Below are positions 31,458 to 41,836 of a DNA stretch of 64,000 bases, one piece after another (position 1 is the first letter of the stretch; each line of letters begins with the position of its first letter). The translations under genes were made by a program, and so were the position numbers. The stretch comes from an uncultured Spirochaetota bacterium. Lineage in GTDB: Bacteria > Spirochaetota > Spirochaetia > SZUA-6 > Fen-1364. The DNA lies in the NCBI GenBank assembly GCA_963820525.1, contig CAWGAA010000003.1:800001-864000 (forward strand). The letters run 5' to 3'. The notes beneath the pieces were generated by a model that ran no database searches, was not told the origin of the DNA, and worked only from the letters and a program-made list of their open reading frames with translations.

Positions 31458-34400
31458 TTGCCTGACGAAAATAATCAAGTTGATCATGAAAAACTGAATG
31501 CTCTTTTCGCTGAACAATACCGGTGGGCAAGTCTATCTGTAACCATCGAAGAGATTGCGAAAGAAAACAAATTACTTATTCGTGATCTTTCCAGATACGA
31601 TCAAACCATCGCTATTCCTCTCCTGGCAAGTCTCTTAACACTTCCCGAACTGCAATCGCATTGTATTCGTCTTGAAATTCTCAGTTGCCTTGGCAGTGGT
31701 GTATTGCCGCGGCAGTAAGAAAGCAAATATAAAGCAATTAGTTCGTTGGTTCTCCCAGATCGGCAAATCGCAATGTGTGACGGGTGAAGATCCGGCTGAA
31801 GATGTCTTCGTCTACCTAGTGCAGGATGTGCACGGAGACTACCGGCTTATCGGAGGTATATGGGAGTCGGCTGGCTTCTATACTCAGCGCGTTCTCGATG
31901 TAATTTCTACGATGCCTAACACCGGACAATTCGAGCAAATCAAGAGGAGTGTCCGCGCACTACTTATAATCTCCGATATAGTATGTGGCAAAGCTGGGCT
32001 GAACCGCTATCAGCTCGGCTCTGATGAACACCATTCGAAACTATCGCCGCGCATACTCGCAGGGCACAAACCCCTAATATCTAGTGTGACGATCTCCTTT
32101 GCCGAGCTCAATGAACACAGTATCACACCTGACGATATCGAGCCATTCCTCTTGCATCCGCAGATGAAAAAAGACTTACCTCTGCAGCAGATCGGCCTTA
32201 GCTATTTGGATCGCTGCCCGTTGATCGTGCATGGCGTGACGCATCTAACAGTTGCGCTCCCCTCAGCGCTATCCATTGCCATGCGAGACTACGTGATCGC
32301 GAAAGTTATTGAAGGAGGGCTAGTCAACACCTTTGATAGCGTACTTGCGCAGAACTATTCGAGCCTATTCTTCGACACACCCCTCCTTGGCGGGCCATTA
32401 CGAGCGCCAGTCCATTGGAAGAAGTCTGGCGCGCACCAATGGTCGAATTTCTACCTCAGGGTTGATGAGGGCTACTTCATTTCGTTCCACCTCTTCTTGC
32501 CATCGGTACAGACGCATCCCAATGGCGGTTTCAAGGGCGTTTATCGAGACGAGGGCGCCCTGACCGAAACGCTGCAAACCTCGATCAATGAGATTCTCAA
32601 TCATTTCGAAGGGCGGGTCGATTTCAAAGAAGGGCTCGTTGTTCTGGTCGGCTGCGGCTGGGGTAAAGGCTATGCCACCCAAGCTATTGAACTGGAACAT
32701 GAACATTGGCGATTCGAAAGTATGTCTGCGGCTGACCTCGTGCGACTCAGTTGGCTTGGAGATATGAACCCTGCCTACTTCTGGCGCATCCAAGACGGGC
32801 TGGAAGCTGTGAGGAAGGCTGGAGTCCAGATCGTCAATCCCAATGGGATTCTGAATCTGATTGGATGGGTGCGCAGCAACGACGGCCACTTCGTGCCACA
32901 TGCACAGTTACCGGAGGGCGAGATTTCGCCAGAACGGCCTTTGACGCTATACCCGCCCCTCAACCTTCTGCGGGAAGTGCGCGCTGACTCCGATCGTGGT
33001 TATGACCGCCACTGTGCGATTGATAACACTGGGACTTGCCACAACGTCCAGCATGCCTCGTCGAAGCCGTTCTTCAGCAGTGAAAGTGCTAGGCGCGTTT
33101 ATGCCTCTATGGACGACGTGCGAAACAGGACACTTACGTCAGTGTATGAGGGCAAGCTCAAACTTTGGCTGTCCGTGGCCACACCCAACATTGCTGAAAG
33201 AGATGTCGAGTACGGGCTTTGGGAAATGGCGGGCGAATGGCTGCATCGCATAGGAAATGCTCTTGATGAGCGCGGCGAGACTACAACTGAGACGCATAGT
33301 CTCAGGGTCTATATTGAATTCCGTGACGGCAATCCAACAAAGGAAAAGGGTGAAAAACCGGCTCTCAAAGACCTTTTCCCACTCTGTACAATCGAACCTC
33401 ATAGTGAGCCTAGCGCATGCAAAGCCGTCTTCCAAGCCGGATTTCTGGCTGGCTTTCGCATTGCCGAGAACGTTGCTGAGCGTCTCTTTGTTCGCACGCT
33501 ATCGCGGGCTTACCTGCATCTCCTTGGCGTAGAAGATTGCGACGGCGAGGCCGAGGCTGTTGAGGCCCTCGTTGTGCCCAACGATTTTGCTCGCAGCTTC
33601 CATCTTTTTCAAACGCAGCAATTCATAGATTATATCCGGGATACGCTACCCAAAAAGCTCATTGCCATCGATCCGGTGGATGATGCCGCAACGAGAATAG
33701 GTCTTGGCGGGCGTGTCCTTGAAAAAGGGCAGAGCAACAAGATCGAAGGCAGAGAAGCATGCACGGTTTTTCTTGGTAAGGTCGTCGATACCTTGCTAGC
33801 TGAGATATTCGAGGCTCTCGCCGCGTTCAGCCGGCTTTCAACACTCAAACGCCTTGTGGCCAATTGCGAGAAAGCAAATGCCGAGGAAGACCATTGGAAG
33901 CGGACATCAGCCGCTGTCCCAGGCCTACACGGCAACGAGCCAGATACCACCGATCGCTTTATCAAGCAGCTATCGAAGTTTGCTGGTGCTGCAATCGCAA
34001 GCCGTATCTTAACTGAGATCGCTTTATGCGTCTGTCCGGCTGGGGATGCCATACAGATATCGGATATCGAACTGAGCAAATTGATCGCACGCGCTGCGTT
34101 GGTGGTACGAATTGGTGGTCTATCAGATGCTATCTATTACAACGCACTCCCTCCGGAAGCTCACGATCTCGCCATTAGGCGATGTACTTTTTCGCGATGA
34201 ATTTGGGCACTTGGTGGTTGAACCTATGCTGGCTCGCGTGATTGGGGAAAAACTCATTGCCGACGCACCTTTGCAGAAGAGGAACTATGAAGATCCAGAA
34301 TTCTTACCTCGGCCAAAGAAAAGATTGGTGATGAATTCTGGAACATCTGGAATCTCGAGATGGATTTCAGCATAGATGAAGCCCGAAACATTATTGGCGC

Positions 34401-35247
34401 ATTGGAGGATAAAGGTATTGCGGATCACACCGCGATATTCACGATTAAGCAGAGCGAGTACCTATCTCTCGTTTGCTCTGACCAAGTCTCCGGAAATGCA
34501 GCCAGAAGGTTCCTTGATCAGTTTTCGCTTGCTGCGCGGCCACGCTGGAATATGCCGCCTATAGGCTTCAACGCCAAAGACATTTATCCTTGGCGTTTTG
34601 GCCGACGGCTGTCCTTTGTAACGCGCCCAATTCTGAAAGTAGATGATAGCGATGACCCTCTGCTGATCATTGCTCCCGCCTCTCTGAGAAATGGCTTTGC
34701 TTACGTTTTTGATGGTGCTTATAACGGACGGCTTGAGCAAGCATTCTTCCACAGCAAGGAAATGAGGAATACCTGGTGGGGCAAAGCAAGCGAAGGTCAC
34801 ACCTTCAATGCAGAGGTTGCGAAGGAGCTGTCGGAGAAAGGATGGCAAGTTCGCGAGAACGTCGGGATGCCCGAGCTCCTCAATCGCAAGATCGAGCAGG
34901 ACTATGGAGATGTCGATGTGCTTGCGTGGCGGACCGATCGCGAAGAGGTTCTGGTAGTAGAATGTAAAGACCTATCATTGGCACGCAACTATTCGGAGAT
35001 TGCCGCTCTGCTTTCGGACTATCAAGGTGCTGAATCTGAGGGCGAGCCAGATAAGCTCAGAAGACATCTCAACCGTGTCGAGTTTCTTCAAGACAATTGC
35101 GACCAGCTCCAGCACTTCACCGGAGTTCAGGGACCGCGGATTGTATCCTGTCTAGTTTTCAGCGGCGTTGTCCCTATGCAGTACGCTAAGATCGACGCTC
35201 TAGCAAATACTCATGTCGGCGGGATCCCGAACATTCTGGAACTTTAG
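31458..35247 (+). pseudogene. Large (~1260 aa) protein with C-terminal PD-(D/E)XK nuclease-like domain, about three frameshifts
   Basis: Overlapping ORFs 31458-31718, 31672-34200, 34112-34375 and 34360-35247; GDVDVLAW...VVECK motif. Confidence 0.65.
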
Positions 35248-35337
35248 TTTGACTACAACGACACCGAGTTCAGTATTGATCAGGCCGGTAACAAAGTAAC
35301 GAAGCGGGGTTGGGCTAGATTTCAGAGACCTTTAAAG

Positions 35338-35400
35338 CAGTAACAGGGGTTGAACGGTGAACGTCGAAGTACATCAATGTACTTTGACGAGCTTTTAACC
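35338..35400. repeat. Possible inner attC remnant
   Basis: TAAC-AGG-GGTTGAA...CGTCGAAGTACA/TGTACTTTGACG...TTTAACC, no downstream GTT. Confidence 0.4.
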
Positions 35401-35418
35401 ATGAGAGTCGGGCACTAC

Positions 35419-35551
35419 ACTTAACAGCACGTATACGCTTCGGCGCCCGGTAGGGCGCCTCGGGCTCCGCGGCGCTTCAGCGCGCCGCTACGCCACATGG
35501 CCTTCGGCCTTGTTGGCCTCGGGCCACGTCGTATACGTGCGGCCGTTGAAC
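35419..35551. repeat. Outer attC-like site
   Basis: ACTTAAC...GCACGTATACG/CGTATACGTGC...GTTGAAC. Confidence 0.85.
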
Positions 35552-35627
35552 AAAATCGCTCCGCGATGGTTTTCATCGAGCCCTAGTCTCCATTCGCCGC
35601 CCTGAAAGCAAGACAGATGTTTCCCGC

Positions 35628-36830
35628 TTGTTATACAGCATGAGCTGTATTGAAGCGGCAACGGTTTTTCCAAGACCCAAATTCGAAGTCGCCGATGTTT
35701 TCAGACAAAGCACTCAGTTGCTAAAAGGCATCAGTTATGATCAGTGGAAAGTCGTAAACGCAATCATAAACTGCCGCGGTCCGAAATTGGGCGGCCATAA
35801 ACTTGTTTGCCATGAATGCGGGTATGAACAAATATCCTATAATTCATGCAGGAACCGGCATTGCCCCAAATGCCAGGCGAGCAAGCAGGCGCAATGGGTT
35901 TACGAGCGGACACAAGAGCTTCTACCCATAAAATATTTCCATATCGTCTTCACCGTCCCGGCGGTATTGAATTCCCTTATTCTCCAGAATAAAAGAGTGC
36001 TCTACGACATTCTCTTTCACGCCGCAAACGAGACTCTTCAAGAAGCCGCGGGAAACCCGAAGAATCTCGGCGCTAAGATCGGGTTTATCGCCATTCTCCA
36101 CACCTGGAGCCAAAACCTACTTGACCATCCACATCTGCACTGCATTGTTACCGGAGGGGGATTGAGCCGGGATAAATCCGCATGGATTGAAAGCAGGAAC
36201 AACTTCTTTATCTCGATACACATTCTCAATCGACTGTTCAGAGGTAAATACCTGCATTATTTGAAACAGGCATATGCAGCAAAAGAGTTGAGTTTCTTTG
36301 GTAAGTTACGCAAGACAGCAGAGACAGCCGGGTTTGCAAAGGTGTTGGATGAATGTTATGCGAAAAAATGGATCGTCTACGCCAAAAAGCCGTTTTCCAA
36401 TCCGTTACGTGTACTGAAATATATAGGGCGCTATACGCATCGGGTAGCGATCAGCAACAAACGGATTTTGAATTTCACCGGCGGAAACGTGAGCTTTATC
36501 TGGAAGGACTACAGGGATAGAAACCGAAAAAAGGTAATGACACTTGCCGCCTCCGAGTTCATGAGAAGATTTCTCCTGCATGTGCTGCCGGAAGGATTCA
36601 AGCGTATACGATTTTACGGCCTCTTGAGCAACGGGCACAAAAATGAAAATCTGAAATACATCCGTCGTTTGTTATGCATCGATCTAGAATCCCAACAACA
36701 ATCGTTTGAATCTTTCTCGGAAGCACCTGAGATCATTGAAAAACGATGCCCGCGCTGCAATAGTGCTAATATACAAATCATTGAACTTCCACCGGAAGAG
36801 GCATCTGAAAGTTATTGGAACAGCGCGTAA
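35628..36830 (+). CDS. IS91-family (Y2/HUH) transposase, cassette copy 2
   Basis: HPHLH, YIGRY and Zn motifs. Confidence 0.92.
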   Translation: MLYSMSCIEAATVFPRPKFEVADVFRQSTQLLKGISYDQWKVVNAIINCRGPKLGGHKLVCHECGYEQISYNSCRNRHCPKCQASKQAQWVYERTQELLPIKYFHIVFTVPAVLNSLILQNKRVLYDILFHAANETLQEAAGNPKNLGAKIGFIAILHTWSQNLLDHPHLHCIVTGGGLSRDKSAWIESRNNFFISIHILNRLFRGKYLHYLKQAYAAKELSFFGKLRKTAETAGFAKVLDECYAKKWIVYAKKPFSNPLRVLKYIGRYTHRVAISNKRILNFTGGNVSFIWKDYRDRNRKKVMTLAASEFMRRFLLHVLPEGFKRIRFYGLLSNGHKNENLKYIRRLLCIDLESQQQSFESFSEAPEIIEKRCPRCNSANIQIIELPPEEASESYWNSA

Positions 36831-36860
36831 TAAAACCCATAGCGCGGGCGGAGCGACTTC

Positions 36861-37056
36861 GTTCAACATAGGGTTTACGCTCCGCTCCCTTTGGTCGCTC
36901 CGGGCTCCACCACATGCCCCTCTGGCACAGGGGTTGCAGGTCAAATCTTCTTACGGTCCTCAAAGATGTGTGGTACACTCCTGTCTATGCTTTGCGGGGG
37001 CAACCCCTGTGCCAGCCCTTCGGGACGGGGCATGTCGTAAACCCTTTACGTTAAAT
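36861..37056. repeat. Outer attC-like site (transposase subtype)
   Basis: GTTCAAC...GTTAAAT; near-identical to 28042-28236. Confidence 0.85.
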
Positions 37057-37367
37057 GACAGCGCAACGGGATTTGGAAGTGCGACCATTTGAAGAATTCA
37101 TTTGGGTAATTAGCCTGATGCGTTATGGTTTTTAGATTTCTTTACTTGTCTTTTCTACGACATCTGCGGCCTTCCTCGCCGCATTTCGGAGTCCTCTTGT
37201 GGGGGTGCGATCACTTTATGAGTAGCTGATCTCTCAACGTGGGAGAACAGGCCGCAGAATCAACGTAGTATTCTAGTATAAATGCCTTCTATATACCTGC
37301 TCTTGAGAGCCGTGGGTTGTTCGTAATTGACTGGCAGAGTATATTCCAAAGGGCGCCGTCATTTAAC
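37050..37367. other. ORF-less cassette with conserved stem and outward promoter-like motif
   Basis: Homologous to 48799-49119; TTGTTC-17-TATATT at 37317-37345. Confidence 0.65.
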
Positions 37368-37496
37368 AGAGCGTATATGCTCCGGCGCCCTGTTCGGGCG
37401 CCTCCGGGCTCCGCGGCGCTGCGGCGCGCCGCTCCGCCACATGGCCCTCGGCCTTGTTGGCCTCGGGCCACGTCGTATACGCTCGGCCCGTTGAAC
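37361..37496. repeat. Outer attC-like site
   Basis: ATTTAAC...GAGCGTATATG/CGTATACGCTC...GTTGAAC. Confidence 0.85.
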
Positions 37497-37572
37497 AAAA
37501 TCGCTCCGCGATGGTTTTCATCGAGCCCTAGTCTCCATTCGCCGCCCTGAAAGCAAGACAGATGTTTCCCGC

Positions 37573-38775
37573 TTGTTATACAGCATGAGCTGTATTGAAG
37601 CGGCAACGGTTTTTCCAAGACCCAAATTCGAAGTCGCCGATGTTTTCAGACAAAGCACTCAGTTGCTAAAAGGCATCAGTTATGATCAGTGGAAAGTCGT
37701 AAACGCAATCATAAACTGCCGCGGTCCGAAATTGGGCGGCCATAAACTTGTTTGCCATGAATGCGGGTATGAACAAATATCCTATAATTCATGCAGGAAC
37801 CGGCATTGCCCCAAATGCCAGGCGAGCAAGCAGGCGCAATGGGTTTACGAGCGGACACAAGAGCTTCTACCCATAAAATATTTCCATATCGTCTTCACCG
37901 TCCCGGCGGTATTGAATTCCCTTATTCTCCAGAATAAAAGAGTGCTCTACGACATTCTCTTTCACGCCGCAAACGAGACTCTTCAAGAAGCCGCGGGAAA
38001 CCCGAAGAATCTCGGCGCTAAGATCGGGTTTATCGCCATTCTCCACACCTGGAGCCAAAACCTACTTGACCATCCACATCTGCACTGCATTGTTACCGGA
38101 GGGGGATTGAGCCGGGATAAATCCGCATGGATTGAAAGCAGGAACAACTTCTTTATCTCGATACACATTCTCAATCGACTGTTCAGAGGTAAATACCTGC
38201 ATTATTTGAAACAGGCATATGCAGCAAAAGAGTTGAGTTTCTTTGGTAAGTTACGCAAGACAGCAGAGACAGCCGGGTTTGCAAAGGTGTTGGATGAATG
38301 TTATGCGAAAAAATGGATCGTCTACGCCAAAAAGCCGTTTTCCAATCCGTTACGTGTACTGAAATATATAGGGCGCTATACGCATCGGGTAGCGATCAGC
38401 AACAAACGGATTTTGAATTTCACCGGCGGAAACGTGAGCTTTATCTGGAAGGACTACAGGGATAGAAACCGAAAAAAGGTAATGACACTTGCCGCCTCCG
38501 AGTTCATGAGAAGATTTCTCCTGCATGTGCTGCCGGAAGGATTCAAGCGTATACGATTTTACGGCCTCTTGAGCAACGGGCACAAAAATGAAAATCTGAA
38601 ATACATCCGTCGTTTGTTATGCATCGATCTAGAATCCCAACAACAATCGTTTGAATCTTTCTCGGAAGCACCTGAGATCATTGAAAAACGATGCCCGCGC
38701 TGCAATAGTGCTAATATACAAATCATTGAACTTCCACCGGAAGAGGCATCTGAAAGTTATTGGAACAGCGCGTAA
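37573..38775 (+). CDS. IS91-family (Y2/HUH) transposase, cassette copy 3
   Basis: Protein identical to copy 2 in the ORF track. Confidence 0.92.
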   Translation: MLYSMSCIEAATVFPRPKFEVADVFRQSTQLLKGISYDQWKVVNAIINCRGPKLGGHKLVCHECGYEQISYNSCRNRHCPKCQASKQAQWVYERTQELLPIKYFHIVFTVPAVLNSLILQNKRVLYDILFHAANETLQEAAGNPKNLGAKIGFIAILHTWSQNLLDHPHLHCIVTGGGLSRDKSAWIESRNNFFISIHILNRLFRGKYLHYLKQAYAAKELSFFGKLRKTAETAGFAKVLDECYAKKWIVYAKKPFSNPLRVLKYIGRYTHRVAISNKRILNFTGGNVSFIWKDYRDRNRKKVMTLAASEFMRRFLLHVLPEGFKRIRFYGLLSNGHKNENLKYIRRLLCIDLESQQQSFESFSEAPEIIEKRCPRCNSANIQIIELPPEEASESYWNSA

Positions 38776-38805
38776 TAAAACCCATAGCGCGGGCGGAGCG
38801 ACTTC

Positions 38806-39001
38806 GTTCAACATAGGGTTTACGCTCCGCTCCCTTTGGTCGCTCCGGGCTCCACCACATGCCCCTCTGGCACAGGGGTTGCAGGTCAAATCTTCTTACG
38901 GTCCTCAAAGATGTGTGGTACACTCCTGTCTATGCTTTGCGGGGGCAACCCCTGTGCCAGCCCTTCGGGACGGGGCATGTCGTAAACCCTTTACGTTATA
39001 G
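38806..39001. repeat. Outer attC-like site (transposase subtype)
   Basis: GTTCAAC...GTTATAG. Confidence 0.85.
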
Positions 39002-39005
39002 GCCA

Positions 39006-39044
39006 TTGCGCCAAGAGTTTTTGCAGTATAAGGTATTTTTATGC
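39006..39044 (+). promoter_or_regulatory. Carrier head, degenerate
   Basis: TTGCGC-15-TATAAG-GTATT-TTTATGC (GTT replaced by TTT). Confidence 0.5.
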
Positions 39045-39292
39045 GTCTATTTTTTGGATGGCTCCCAATGTACAAGGGCCTCCAACGAAAGCCCAGCGAC
39101 ACAGAACTTAACGCGTTCGGTGCTGGTACTCGCGATCCTAGTCGATACTCCGTGATTAAGTGCACAGCTCAGCACGAAACCCATATTATATTGGATAGCA
39201 CTACTTGCCGGGCTGTGTTGCAATCCCCCGTCACCGGGGGGTCGCACTCTCACGAAAAGTAGCGCGCCGTGTAGCTTTCCAAGGAGGGTTCC

Positions 39293-39841
39293 ATGCTTCC
39301 TAATGTCCTTAACAGCACTGGACTCCTTGCATTCACAATCGGGATAGGCTACTCTGTACTCGTTCCCATTTGGCCGCTCTTGCGTATTCCACACTACCTC
39401 TGGCTTAAGATCCTCCATGACAAGAAGATCGACGCTAGATACACATACGCTGATCGTAGAAAGGACTTGCCGTGCATCCTGGGAGTAATAGAGAGAATGC
39501 TCTACCTCCTCTCCATGCTCTACGGCCATCCCGAATTCGTTGCACTATGGCTTGGGCTCAAATCGGCCGGACAGTGGAAATCTTGGTCGAAAGGAGAGAC
39601 CTATCCGATATCTTCGACGAATAAGCAACCTGCAACCGAAACAATCAACGGCAGATCAATCGCCTCCATTTTCTTCATCGGCAGCGGGCTATCTCTCCTG
39701 TTCTCGGCTGGGGGATTCTTGTTGGCAACGGGCTGGGATTGTCAGCGCGTGGACGCCATCACAGTCGCGGCTGGTATACTCATCCTCACATCGCTGATCC
39801 ATCTCTTTCTCTTCGCAAGGTTCAAGCGCTACGATCCATGA
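39293..39841 (+). CDS. Membrane protein (inner cassette)
   Basis: AGGAGG RBS, LGVIER motif, TM segments, followed by attC. Confidence 0.75.
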   Translation: MLPNVLNSTGLLAFTIGIGYSVLVPIWPLLRIPHYLWLKILHDKKIDARYTYADRRKDLPCILGVIERMLYLLSMLYGHPEFVALWLGLKSAGQWKSWSKGETYPISSTNKQPATETINGRSIASIFFIGSGLSLLFSAGGFLLATGWDCQRVDAITVAAGILILTSLIHLFLFARFKRYDP

Positions 39842-39846
39842 TGGAC

Positions 39847-39953
39847 GAATAACAAATCGTTGACCGCCGTGCTGCTGTCTATGAGACTCGCCTTAGTCTG
39901 GAAGTCATGAGGATGCAGGGGGCTCTACGGGGCGGCAGCTCAGCTTTATTTTA
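39847..39953. repeat. Inner attC, interrupted by MITE at its right end
   Basis: GAATAAC-AAATC-GTTGACC...GCAGCTCAGC. Confidence 0.65.
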
Positions 39954-40267
39954 GGCTCTTCGCGGAATCGAGTGGGTAAAATTCGGGTGATTTTTAGCGG
40001 TTTGTGGTTCTGCATCCGAGAATTATGCGCATGCAACATGAGTTCATCCCAAATTCCCTCGAATTCCCACGGTTTTCTGAGCATTCTTGGTAACGAAATC
40101 TCGCTCGTTTTATTTCATGACACCTAAAATCTACCCACGAACGGCGTTGACTGCCTTTCATATTTGTAACACATTTTTAGGCACGATAACACCACCTAAT
40201 CCTTTACTGAGTAATAAGATACGTCCCATTCTACTACTTTTTTACCCACTCGAGAACACGAAGACCC
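39954..40267. mobile_element. MITE (314 bp), possibly IS1595-derived
   Basis: Imperfect terminal IRs with core TCGAGTGGGTAAAA/TTTTACCCACTCGA; 8-bp direct repeat TTATTTTA on both flanks. Confidence 0.75.
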
Positions 40268-40353
40268 TTATTTTATATTTTTAAGGGGATCTAAATATAA
40301 TTGAACGATCAATATATAATGGCGCAACGGTCTATAATTGGAGTTATAGGCCA

Positions 40354-40385
40354 TTGCGCCAGGCTGACATAATGTAATGTTAGAT
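40354..40385 (+). promoter_or_regulatory. Carrier head / inner attI-like site
   Basis: TTGCGC-8-CATAAT-GTAAT-GTTAGAT; spacing too short for that -35. Confidence 0.6.
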
Positions 40386-40407
40386 GCCATTAAAGGGAAA
40401 GGGTATA

Positions 40408-41607
40408 ATGAGTCTGCCACACTGGTTGCGTTCCATCGACAACGGCAGGATTGGAGAGGCGCGTACACGTGCTATACTGATCGATCGCTTCTGGATTCTG
40501 GAACGGAGCGTTGATATTGAGGGCGCCGATTTCATCGTCCAGCGCAAGATCTGGGGCCGCAATCTCCTAGACGAAAGGGCTCCACGACTGGGATATGTAC
40601 AGTCTAAGTTCGCCCAGGACGAGGCAACCAGACTGGAGATACATTCCGACTATGTGCTTGATTCCGATAAACAGCCGCGTGACGAATTCTTCCTATTTGT
40701 ACATACTGGAGTGCCTGGTTCTGAGACGATCTACTTTTTTGCCGCTCGAGACATCATTCAAACATTTCACAAGGGTGCCGACTGCTTCATGGTGTCAATG
40801 GGAGATGTGAAAAAGCTGCCCGATTCTCAAGTCCATTCCACAGACTACGTGCTGTCGGTCATCGAGCACGCCCTGACTCAGGCAGATTTCCGGAAGAATC
40901 GCCTTTTCTATCACTACTTGAGGCTTGATGATACAATTGACACTCCAATTGACCACGATTTCACACTTCCACTAAGCAACTATTGGGGCGATGTCGTGCA
41001 TGGCATCCAGGAGATAAAGTTAAGAACCAACACACTAATTCATGACCTTGAACACGATATTGCGAAGCTCAAGGTGGCTTTAGGGACTTCTGACCCAGTT
41101 CAGTTTATGGAGACTTTTGAATTCGAGCATTTCTACGTCCTTGAAGACTTCTTCTATCGAAACAGCAAATACTTCGATAGCGAATTCTATAATGTATTGG
41201 TCAATCACAAGAAGAGAGTCAAATTACTCAGGGGGCGCGGCCTGTTGCAACAGTTCATTCTATTAAAATCGCACGTGGCTCGAGAAGTGGAGGCTAGAAT
41301 AGGAAAACACAAGGAGGAGGTCGAAGAGTATTTTTGTGTTGAGTTCAGATTACGGACAAGCGATCTATCAATTCTCGAAGTTAAGGACTATGGCGCTAAG
41401 CGCGAGAAAGTAGTTCCCCCCAAGCCCAGCGGCGTCCAGGAGTTTTATGGGGTGATCAACACAGACGACACCTACACCTTGTACGTTCGAGGTATGGATG
41501 TATTCTCGGGTGACGATGTAGCCAAGCGAGCACTCAGCTACTTAACCGACAAGTTTGATGAGGTGCTTCTTGAGCAACTATTCGGAGAAGCTGAACTCTA
41601 TGGCTGA
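40408..41607 (+). CDS. PD-(D/E)XK nuclease-like protein (DUF4365-like N-terminus)
   Basis: IGE...ERSVDIEGADF...YVQSK motif. Confidence 0.65.
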   Translation: MSLPHWLRSIDNGRIGEARTRAILIDRFWILERSVDIEGADFIVQRKIWGRNLLDERAPRLGYVQSKFAQDEATRLEIHSDYVLDSDKQPRDEFFLFVHTGVPGSETIYFFAARDIIQTFHKGADCFMVSMGDVKKLPDSQVHSTDYVLSVIEHALTQADFRKNRLFYHYLRLDDTIDTPIDHDFTLPLSNYWGDVVHGIQEIKLRTNTLIHDLEHDIAKLKVALGTSDPVQFMETFEFEHFYVLEDFFYRNSKYFDSEFYNVLVNHKKRVKLLRGRGLLQQFILLKSHVAREVEARIGKHKEEVEEYFCVEFRLRTSDLSILEVKDYGAKREKVVPPKPSGVQEFYGVINTDDTYTLYVRGMDVFSGDDVAKRALSYLTDKFDEVLLEQLFGEAELYG

Positions 41608-41611
41608 TGGC

Positions 41612-41727
41612 ATCTAGCAAATCGTTAAAGTTATCCGTCTGAGAGCCTCTTGGAACTGTCTTTTTTTTCCGCAGAACTGTAAGTACATGGCTTCCGGTGG
41701 GGCGCCAACTCAACTCTATGGTTATAG
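41612..41727. repeat. Inner attC (left R box AAC changed to AGC)
   Basis: ATCTAGC-AAATC-GTTAAAGTT...AACTCAAC-TCTATG-GTTATAG. Confidence 0.75.
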
Positions 41728-41836
41728 CGCTTCAGTTCTGGGTCGCGACCGATCCAACCCGTTGCCTCGAAAGCGTCCTGATAACCTGCCTTGAAATGTG
41801 CCTTATCTTCTTGTACCCTGGTCTTGGAGTCCAATA

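Noticed and set aside
35545..38994. Two transposase copies as a composite transposon around 37050-37489
   Set aside because: All boundaries fall on G|TT crossover points, each copy has its own att site, and there is no target duplication.
41589..41607. AGCTGAACTCTATGG, resembling an attC right arm, at a gene end
   Set aside because: No matching left arm was found and there is no GTT; may be chance.
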